Source: an uncultured bacterium
Lineage (GTDB): Bacteria > UBP14 > UBA6098 > B30-G16
Direction: 5' to 3'
Length of the DNA: 64,000 nucleotides
NCBI GenBank assembly: GCA_965552135.1
Contig: CBEVQY010000005.1
Span: forward strand, 1 to 64,000
Below the pieces are notes generated by a model. The model did no database searches. It saw only the letters and a program-made list of their open reading frames with translations, and was not told where the DNA came from. The translations under genes and the position numbers were made by a program. Position 1 is the first letter of the stretch. The number at the start of each line of letters is the position of its first letter. Positions 56,763-64,000 of this stretch are shown one piece after another.

Positions 56763-57509
56763 ATGGAGTGGATGCACAGGTTCGCCCTTGTCCTTTTTTT
56801 GCTTGTTTTTTGTGGCTGCGCGGGTCGCGCCGCATCGGTCCAAGGCGGAGAGGCGGGCGACGAGGCAAAGCTGAAGCGCGCACAAGAACTCTACAGACGG
56901 CACAAGTACACCAAGGCGCTGGAGCTTCTTGAGGGACTGCGCTACTCGCCGTCCGTATGGGCGGACGACGCACATCTGCTTGCCGCAAAGATATACATCG
57001 CGCAAAAACAGTACGGGCTTGCGATATCGGAGCTTAAGTGGCTTTTGGCGCAGTACAGCCACAGCGAGCTTGCCCCAGAGGCTTCGTTCCTCCTTGGCGA
57101 AGCTTACAGGCTCTCTGCGCCAAGACCAGAGCTCGACCAAACCAACACCGAGAAAGCCATCGAGGCGTACCGCGACTTTCTGGAGCTGTACCCCACCTCG
57201 CCCTTCGCCGACAGCGCCCAGAAGGGCATAGAGCTTTGCCTGGACAAGCTCGCCCACAAGGAGTATCTGTCCGCGAAGCTTTATTACAGGATGCACAAGG
57301 ACTCGTCCGCCGTCGTCTACATCAGGGACCTCTGCGAGCGCTACGGCGAAAGCGCCTGGTGCTTGTGGGGCAGGTACCTTGAGGGTATGATCCTTTTGCG
57401 CCGCGGCAGGACCGAAGAGGCAAAGGAGACATTAACAAAGCTTCTTGCCTCAGACCCGCCGCCAGAACTTGCGGAAAAGGTGAAGAGGGCGCTCAAAAAG
57501 CTTAGGTGA
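56763..57509 (+). CDS. bamD: Outer membrane assembly lipoprotein BamD
   Basis: Lipobox, TPRs, LDQTNT.KAI..F...YP.S. Confidence 0.88.
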   Translation: MEWMHRFALVLFLLVFCGCAGRAASVQGGEAGDEAKLKRAQELYRRHKYTKALELLEGLRYSPSVWADDAHLLAAKIYIAQKQYGLAISELKWLLAQYSHSELAPEASFLLGEAYRLSAPRPELDQTNTEKAIEAYRDFLELYPTSPFADSAQKGIELCLDKLAHKEYLSAKLYYRMHKDSSAVVYIRDLCERYGESAWCLWGRYLEGMILLRRGRTEEAKETLTKLLASDPPPELAEKVKRALKKLR

Positions 57510-57514
57510 CCCCC

Positions 57515-59083
57515 CTACATCTCCATCCTTATCCCGAAGTGGACGAGCCCCTGCTTTGGGCTTCTTCCTTCGCCGAGCCCGTACGAGAGGGAGAACGCGC
57601 CTGCGCCGTAGCGGTACTCGACGCCGACGCCGTAGCCAAGCTTTAGGCTCCAGCCCGAGCCGGTCCCGTACGCCCCAAGGTCGACGAAGGGGAAGAGGTG
57701 CACCCCCCGCTTTGGCACGAGCCTCACCTCCACCGATGCGCATGCGACGCGGCAGCCCGCAAACTGCCGCTCGCGGTACCCCCGAAGCGTCCGCCAGCCC
57801 CCTATGTGCTCCCAGTCGCTTTTGGGCGGAAGAAGCGGATACAGCCATCCCGCGGCATAACCCTTTATCCAGAGCGAGATCCTCTGCGCGGGTATGGCGG
57901 CGACAAGCCTGCCCTCGCCGTGTATGCCAAGCGAGAGTTCATCCGACCTCCCCCATCTGTGGATGAGCTCGGCTGCGCACGATGCCTCGAGCATAACGCC
58001 CCTTGTGGGCAGAACGGGGTCGTTTAAGGTCGAGACCGCAAGTCCTGCGCTCGCCCCAAAGCTTTCGGCATTATCGACGGCATAGCCCGCCCGTCCGGGC
58101 ACAGTGCGGCTGCAGACGATGCTAAAGCTCCCGTCGAGCGAAAACGACACCGGGAGAACGACGCCCGCGCTGTGCTCACGGCGAAGGTATGTGCTGTCGT
58201 ATATCGCCCACTCCGACGAAAGCTCAGGCGATACGTTCAAAGCCCCCACAAAGGGCTCGAGGTAGTAGACGCTTATCGTCTTCGCTCCTTCCGCGGCGCT
58301 TAGGTAGAACTTCGCCCTGCGTCCCGTTCCGGCGAGGTTGCGGGAGTTGAACTCCACGTCCCCCGAAAGTCCGCCTTCGGAATACCCCACGACGCCCGAG
58401 ATGCTCGTCGCCGGCAGGTCCCTGCACCTTACGACAAGCGTCCACGCGCCCCCGGCATCGAGGGCGGGGTAGGGCTCGCCAACAAGGGAGACGATCCCCA
58501 TCCGCCTGAGGCGAGACGCACCCCTTTCGATGTGCGATTGCCTGTAGACCGTCTTCGGTTTAAAAAGCATGCCCCACGCTATGACCCTTGGCTTCGTCCG
58601 ACCTTCGACCTGCGCGGCAAGCCGTTCGAGGACGACGAAGTGTCCTTGCTCCACCACGAACCTCACGCAGACTGGTATTGCGTCGTCCGCGCTTTTCCCG
58701 CAGAGGTCAACCGCGGTGCTGCACGACGCGAAGGGATAGCCCCTGTCCTCGAGTGCGGACACGATTTCCTCCTGCTGCGCCTCCACAAGCGACCACACGA
58801 GCGTATCGCCCCTTTCGACGATGATCGCCTCGGGGGGGAGCGCGCACTGGGGCGTATCGCACGCCACCTCGACCCTCTCGACTACGGCGGGTCGTCCGAG
58901 AGTTACGAACGCCGTATCGCCGCGGACGGAGTCGACCCTCGCCTCCCAGAATCCGCTCCGCCAGAGGACATCCGGGAACGAGTCTGGGGGCATCGATTCG
59001 AACTTTGGCGGCACGCCCACCGCCGCGCCGAAAGTCTGCGAGAAGGCGGTGAAGAGGACCCAGACTGCAAAACGTCTTATCAC
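57515..59083 (-). CDS. BamA/TamA family outer membrane protein
   Basis: POTRA GYPFA, NLAGTGR, LRGYRE, GYGVG, HFGI terminus. Confidence 0.85.
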   Translation of the reverse strand: MIRRFAVWVLFTAFSQTFGAAVGVPPKFESMPPDSFPDVLWRSGFWEARVDSVRGDTAFVTLGRPAVVERVEVACDTPQCALPPEAIIVERGDTLVWSLVEAQQEEIVSALEDRGYPFASCSTAVDLCGKSADDAIPVCVRFVVEQGHFVVLERLAAQVEGRTKPRVIAWGMLFKPKTVYRQSHIERGASRLRRMGIVSLVGEPYPALDAGGAWTLVVRCRDLPATSISGVVGYSEGGLSGDVEFNSRNLAGTGRRAKFYLSAAEGAKTISVYYLEPFVGALNVSPELSSEWAIYDSTYLRREHSAGVVLPVSFSLDGSFSIVCSRTVPGRAGYAVDNAESFGASAGLAVSTLNDPVLPTRGVMLEASCAAELIHRWGRSDELSLGIHGEGRLVAAIPAQRISLWIKGYAAGWLYPLLPPKSDWEHIGGWRTLRGYRERQFAGCRVACASVEVRLVPKRGVHLFPFVDLGAYGTGSGWSLKLGYGVGVEYRYGAGAFSLSYGLGEGRSPKQGLVHFGIRMEM

Positions 59084-59144
59084 GGTCGAGCCCCAGGCGC
59101 TTTAGTTGAAGTTTAAGTCGCGGCGCTGGGGCACGCAAGACCCG

Positions 59145-59972
59145 TCAGCTGCCATCGCCCAGAGCCGAAATAAGCCTTTCGGCTATGGCGAGTATCGCCT
59201 TCGCCGACTCGGATTCCGGGTGCTCTATCACGATGGGCTTGCCCGCCTCGCCGCTCTCCATAACCGCAGGCTCCAAGGGGATCCTTCCCAGGAACGGTAT
59301 GCCCAGCTCCGATGCGGCTTTCTCGCCGCCGCCGAACTTGAATATGTCGGTCCTCTTTCCGCAGTGCGGGCACACAAAGCCGCTCATGTTCTCCACAACG
59401 CCCAAGACCTTTACGCCGAGCGCCTGGGAGAATCGGACCGTTTTGCGCGCATCCAAAAGCGCCACCTCTTGCGGCGTCGTCACGATGACGGAGCCGTTCA
59501 GGTCGGGCAGAAGCTGGCAGACCGAGAGGGGCTCATCGCCTGTGCCGGGCGGGGAATCGATGACGAGCCAGTCGAGCTCGCCCCAGTTTATGTCGCCCAG
59601 AAACTGCTTTATCGCCTTCATCTTCAAAGGTCCTCGCCAGATGACGGGCTGATCAGGGTTCTCCAGAAGCGAAGCCATCGTTATGACCTTCACACCGTCC
59701 TTCACGACGGGGTTAACCGACTGGTCGGGACCGATGGTGAGCGGCATCCCCTCTATCCCCGTCATGCGACCAAGGGATGGTCCGTGGATGTCGATGTCCA
59801 AAAGACCGGCGCTTTGACCGAACTTCTGGAAAGCATAAGCCAAATTGACCGCAATCGTGCTTTTGCCAACTCCGCCCTTGCCCGAGATGATCAGTATCTT
59901 TCTCTTTATCTTCCCCATGCGCTCCTTTATTTTGCGCTCCTCCTCGCTCTGCCCAGGAAGTGTCTTCCCCAT
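59145..59972 (-). CDS. apbC: Mrp/ApbC Fe-S cluster carrier ATPase
   Basis: SGKGGVGKST, WRGP, DSPPGTGD, ENMSGFVCPHC. Confidence 0.95.
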   Translation of the reverse strand: MGKTLPGQSEEERKIKERMGKIKRKILIISGKGGVGKSTIAVNLAYAFQKFGQSAGLLDIDIHGPSLGRMTGIEGMPLTIGPDQSVNPVVKDGVKVITMASLLENPDQPVIWRGPLKMKAIKQFLGDINWGELDWLVIDSPPGTGDEPLSVCQLLPDLNGSVIVTTPQEVALLDARKTVRFSQALGVKVLGVVENMSGFVCPHCGKRTDIFKFGGGEKAASELGIPFLGRIPLEPAVMESGEAGKPIVIEHPESESAKAILAIAERLISALGDGS

Positions 59973-60042
59973 CGGTTACCTCCTCCGTTTTGGGCATATG
60001 CTCAAATAAATCTACCGACCGAGCCGTCAAAGGCAAGCCGTT

Positions 60043-60867
60043 TCAAAGCGTAAAAAGCAGCCCCGCCGAAAGCTCCTGTGCAAGCTGAACCTTGCGGCAC
60101 ACGTCGGGATCGTACCTGAGCTTAAGAGATGCGCCGAGCGAGAACACGCTTGCCACTTTGGCGACAACCTCCGCCGCAAGTTCGGCTTTGACGCCGCCTT
60201 CGTAGACGAAGAGCCTCGCCTCGCCCTGGGCGGATGCACCTTCGCCAAGCCCACCCCTAAAGCCCGAGACGACCTCGAGCCCGATGTCGTTGCGGAGCTT
60301 CTCCACAGCCTCCGTTGTCGGGTCGTCGGAATACTGCGTGAAGCGGCGGGTGACGACCTGCCTTGCGGCAACCCCAACGCGCCCCGAAAAGCCGCCGAAG
60401 GCAGCCATAACCCCCGCGCCCTCCTGAAGGTAGAGCGGGTCGAACGCGCCCGAGAGCTGAACCCTCACGGTCTCCGAGTAACTGTATCCCGGGGCGAATT
60501 GGGTCAGCAGGCGAAGGGCGAGGTAGGGTTCAACAACGCTCCTGCGCGCCTTGCGTGATGCCACCACCTCCAGCGAAAGCTCGTCGGCGTGCTTGCGGAA
60601 CTCGCCGCCCGCGTAAAGCTGACCAAAGCTTGCACCCAAAGCGCACAAAACGACCGCACCAAAACGGTGGGCGAAGACTACCTCCCCATCGAGGGAGAGG
60701 ATCCACCAGAATGAGTCCTCTCCGCCGGAGAGCCAGTTTTCGTACTGCGCCTGTCCCACCGAGGCGGACAGCGTTGCGGTGTGCGCGACCTCCCAGCCGC
60801 CAGCGCGCACAGCACTCAAAAGCACAACCAAAAGGAAAAAGCCGAAAAACAACCAGCGAGACACCAT
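60043..60867 (-). CDS. DUF3078-like outer membrane beta-barrel
   Basis: Q..YENW..GG, RK..D, TQFAPGY, FDPLY. Confidence 0.8.
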   Translation of the reverse strand: MVSRWLFFGFFLLVVLLSAVRAGGWEVAHTATLSASVGQAQYENWLSGGEDSFWWILSLDGEVVFAHRFGAVVLCALGASFGQLYAGGEFRKHADELSLEVVASRKARRSVVEPYLALRLLTQFAPGYSYSETVRVQLSGAFDPLYLQEGAGVMAAFGGFSGRVGVAARQVVTRRFTQYSDDPTTEAVEKLRNDIGLEVVSGFRGGLGEGASAQGEARLFVYEGGVKAELAAEVVAKVASVFSLGASLKLRYDPDVCRKVQLAQELSAGLLFTL

Positions 60868-60989
60868 AAAACCTCCTTCGGCATGAGAAGGACATTTTAC
60901 ACCCATCGCTCCCTTGATGAAAGACTTTGATGCTTGACAAAGGTGGGCGCAAGCCCAATATTGGCGTCGCAGGAAGCCAGGAGGGGGTG

Positions 60990-62522
60990 ATGGCTGTAGT
61001 TCTGGACGGCAAGAGCCTGACGATAGAGGACTTCGTTGCCGTTGCGCGCGGCGGCGAGAAAGTCGAGGTTGCGCCCGAAGCCTGGGAGCGGATAAAAAAG
61101 TGCCGGGCGTTGCTGGACGAAAAGGTCGAGAAGCGCGAGGTGATGTACGGCGTGACCACCGGCATCGGAGAGCTTTCGGAGGTGGTGCTCACGCCCGAGG
61201 AGGCAAAGAGGTTCCAGAGATATCTCATCTACTCCCACGCCGCCGGCTACGGCGAGCCTATGGCGATCGACGACGCGAGGGGCGCGATCCTCTCGAGGAT
61301 AAACGTTCTGTGCAACGGCAGAAGCGGCATAAGACCCGTCGTCGTCGAGCGGATGGTGGAGCTTTTGAACAAGGGCGTGACGCCCGTTATGTACCAGCAC
61401 GGCAGCGTGGGCGCCTGCGGAGACCTCTCACCGATGTCGCAGTTCGCGCTTGTGCTTATGGGCGAGGGCGAGGCGTTCTACGAGGGCGAGATCCTGCCGG
61501 CAGCCGAAGCGCTTAAGCGCGCCGGAATAGAACCCGTCGAGTTCCGCGAACGCGACGGACTCGCGTGCATAAACGGGTCAAACTGCATAACGTCGATGGG
61601 AGCGCTTCAACTCTACGACACCGAGCGCCTCATAAAGAACAGCGAGATCGCAGCCGCTATGACCCTCGAGGTCCTGAACGCGCAGATGAAAGCCTACGAC
61701 GAGCGCCTCCACAAGGAGCGCGGCTTCCCCGGGGCGGTCGAGTGCGCAGCAAACATACGGAGGATCGTCGAGGGCTCGGAGCTCCTCTACGGCGGTGTTT
61801 TGGGCAAAAAGCGCGTGCAGGACGCCTACAGCCTCCGCAGCACGCCACAGGTCGTCGGCGCCGCAAGGGACGCCCTGAAGTGGGCGAAGGAGCAGTTCCT
61901 CATCGAGCTCAACGGCGTCGGCGACAACCCCCTCTTCTTCCCGGACGAAAAGGAGGTCCTAACCGGCGCAAACTTCCAGGGAACGCCGCTCGCGTTCCCG
62001 CTGGAGCTCGTCGGAATAGCCGTGACAACCATAGGCGTCCTGAGCGAACGCAGAACAAACCGCCTTATGAACCCTCACCTCTCCTGCGGGCTGCCGCCGT
62101 TTCTGACCAAAGGCGCAGGGATGATGAGCGGACTTATGCTCACCCAATACACGGCTGGGATGCTCGTAGCCGAGTGTAGGGTGCTTTCGCATCCTGCGGC
62201 AACGCTTTCGGTCCCCGCTGCCGCAGACCAGGAGGATTTCGTGTCGATGGGAATGACCACAGCGATAAAGACCAAAAAGATAATAGAGCACACGGCGGCT
62301 GTGATAGGGATCGAGATGCTCGCTGCCGCACAGGCGCTCGACTTCAGAAAACCCCACAAGCCGGGAAAAGGCACACAGGCAGCCTACGAGGTCATAAGGC
62401 AGCACGTGCCGTTCCTGGAGGAGGACAGACCGACCTACAAATACATAAACAAGATGGCGGAGCTTGTGCGAAGCGGCGAGATCCTCGCCGCCGTCGAGGA
62501 CGCCGTCGGAAAGCTCGAGTAG
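60990..62522 (+). CDS. hutH: Histidine ammonia-lyase
   Basis: YGVTTGIG, YSHAAG, GSVGACGDL, QDAYSLR, DNP, QEDFVSM. Confidence 0.9.
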   Translation: MAVVLDGKSLTIEDFVAVARGGEKVEVAPEAWERIKKCRALLDEKVEKREVMYGVTTGIGELSEVVLTPEEAKRFQRYLIYSHAAGYGEPMAIDDARGAILSRINVLCNGRSGIRPVVVERMVELLNKGVTPVMYQHGSVGACGDLSPMSQFALVLMGEGEAFYEGEILPAAEALKRAGIEPVEFRERDGLACINGSNCITSMGALQLYDTERLIKNSEIAAAMTLEVLNAQMKAYDERLHKERGFPGAVECAANIRRIVEGSELLYGGVLGKKRVQDAYSLRSTPQVVGAARDALKWAKEQFLIELNGVGDNPLFFPDEKEVLTGANFQGTPLAFPLELVGIAVTTIGVLSERRTNRLMNPHLSCGLPPFLTKGAGMMSGLMLTQYTAGMLVAECRVLSHPAATLSVPAAADQEDFVSMGMTTAIKTKKIIEHTAAVIGIEMLAAAQALDFRKPHKPGKGTQAAYEVIRQHVPFLEEDRPTYKYINKMAELVRSGEILAAVEDAVGKLE

Positions 62523-62525
62523 GTT

Positions 62526-63683
62526 ATGACAGACAGGTTCACCTCCGAGCGCGTCAAAAGCTTGGGCGGGTATACCTTCGCCCAGCTCGACGAGCTTAAG
62601 GCAGCTGTGGCGCGAAGGCACACCGTGATCGATATGGGTGTGGGTGACCCCGACCTCCCACCGCCGCCCGTGGTGCAGGGAGCACTCGTTGCCGCACTAA
62701 GCCCAACACAAAACCACCGCTACCCATCCTACCAAGGAGAACGCTTTCTGCGCGAAAGCATAGCCAGGTTCTTCCTCAACCGGTACAGGGTCAAGCTCGA
62801 CCCGGACGAAAACATCCTCGTCCTTGTGGGCTCGAAGGAGGGGATATTCCACCTTCCGCTCGCTGTCCTCAACCCCGGCGACGTGGGGGCATACACATCG
62901 CCCGGCTACCCCGTCTACCGCGCTGGGATTTTGTGCGCAGGCGCCACACCTGCCGAAATCCCACTTGCGGAGGAGAGGAGCTTCGTATTCGACCCCAAAG
63001 AGGTCCCAAAGGGAACAAGGCTCCTTTTCGTCAACTATCCCAACAACCCGACGACGGCGGTTGTGGGAGTCGATTTTTGGCGCGCGCTTGTGGATGAGGC
63101 TCACCGCCGCGGCTTCATAATCGCAAACGACGCAGCTTACGCCGAAATCTACTTCAACGAGCCACCCCGCTCGATCCTCGAGGTCCCCGGCGCCGGCGAC
63201 GTCGCCGTGGAGTTCCACTCGCTTTCGAAAACGTTCTCGATGAGCGGATGGCGCATTGGCTTCGTCGTCGGCAACAGCAACGTTGTGGCTGCGCTGGGCG
63301 CCCTCAAAAAGCACGTCGACTCCGGCGTGTTCAAACCGATCCAAAGCGCGGCTAAATCCGCCCTCGACGCATACTGGGAGCTTTCCGGATCCCTCCGCAA
63401 AATCTACCGCAGACGGGTGGAGACCTGGATCTCCGCCCTCAGGCGCGCCGGGATAGCTGCGTACAACTTCGGCGCAACGTTCTACGTCTGGGCGAAGGTG
63501 CCACCCAGGTTCCAAAGCTCGCAGGAGTTCGCGAAGACGCTCCTTGAGAAAGCCGGGATCGTCTGCATGCCCGGGGTGTCTATGGGGAAAGCCGGGGAGG
63601 GGTTCGTCAGGTTCTCGCTCACACTGCCCGACGAAAAGCTCGAAGAGGCGACAAGGAGAATCGAGACAATCAGGTCGTGTTAA
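62526..63683 (+). CDS. Class I/II PLP aminotransferase (LL-DAP aminotransferase-like)
   Basis: GSKEG, NYPNNPT, DAAY, HSLSKTFSMSGWRIG. Confidence 0.92.
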   Translation: MTDRFTSERVKSLGGYTFAQLDELKAAVARRHTVIDMGVGDPDLPPPPVVQGALVAALSPTQNHRYPSYQGERFLRESIARFFLNRYRVKLDPDENILVLVGSKEGIFHLPLAVLNPGDVGAYTSPGYPVYRAGILCAGATPAEIPLAEERSFVFDPKEVPKGTRLLFVNYPNNPTTAVVGVDFWRALVDEAHRRGFIIANDAAYAEIYFNEPPRSILEVPGAGDVAVEFHSLSKTFSMSGWRIGFVVGNSNVVAALGALKKHVDSGVFKPIQSAAKSALDAYWELSGSLRKIYRRRVETWISALRRAGIAAYNFGATFYVWAKVPPRFQSSQEFAKTLLEKAGIVCMPGVSMGKAGEGFVRFSLTLPDEKLEEATRRIETIRSC

Positions 63684-63771
63684 AGCGCCGACCCGCAGGT
63701 AAATTAAATTGCACACAACCTTCCCCTAACGTATCTTAGATTCAAATCAAAAAACAGAAGGGGGATGCTCC

Positions 63772-64000
63772 ATGAAAGCGTGCAGGCTTCGTTTATGTGG
63801 GTGGTTTTTGCTCCTTTTGGCTTCGGCGGCTTACCCTTTTTCGCTCAAGTGGTTCTACCCCGAAGCCATCCCCGTCGACACGATAATCGACATCTTTTAC
63901 GACAGGATGCTCTATGGCTCATCGGCTGCGCTTGTTGATCTTCCTGGCGTAAACTCCGTCGGAACCGACCCGGACGACTGGCTCGAGATCGTTATAGGCA
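63772..64000 (+). CDS. 5' end of a secreted protein (runs off the window)
   Basis: MKACRLRLCGWFLLLLASAAYPF..SSAALVD..LEIVIG; signal peptide, FG-GAP-like start. Confidence 0.7.
   Translation, partial: MKACRLRLCGWFLLLLASAAYPFSLKWFYPEAIPVDTIIDIFYDRMLYGSSAALVDLPGVNSVGTDPDDWLEIVIG

Noticed and set aside
59106..60053. 315-aa plus-strand ORF, and similar long antisense ORFs over secA, M42, tolC, DUF763 and the aminotransferase
   Set aside because: Shadows of well-supported genes on the opposite strand in GC-rich DNA.

Overview
GC-rich chromosomal window from a diderm bacterium, probably FCB-superphylum-like (inferred from many secreted proteins with PNPFN/FlgD-type C-terminal domains, BamA/BamD, OmpA and Omp28-like proteins). 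It is mostly housekeeping: four tRNAs, tuf, rpmG, secA, prfA, parAB, dnaN, coaBC, lysS, purB, folD and hutH. Canonical operons are fragmented or interleaved with unrelated genes. Main highlights: (1) an AT-rich, translationally coupled three-gene island at about 47.8-50.1 kb, where an HPPY-type DNA methyltransferase is flanked by two hypothetical proteins that share motifs and look like diverged paralogues, a candidate undescribed restriction-modification/defence system; (2) a compact DnaA-box cluster at 24.52 kb with dispersed origin-type genes around it; (3) a Na+-type V-ATPase operon lacking A/B/D and interrupted by two methyltransferases; (4) a SecA with an apparent degenerate internal duplication and a Cys cluster; (5) a histidine ammonia-lyase with Ala-Cys-Gly at the MIO site; (6) an HTH protein with an apparently inactivated nuclease-like fold. 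No rRNA, CRISPR array, integrase or transposase was seen. All calls come from reading motifs by eye; no searches were run.
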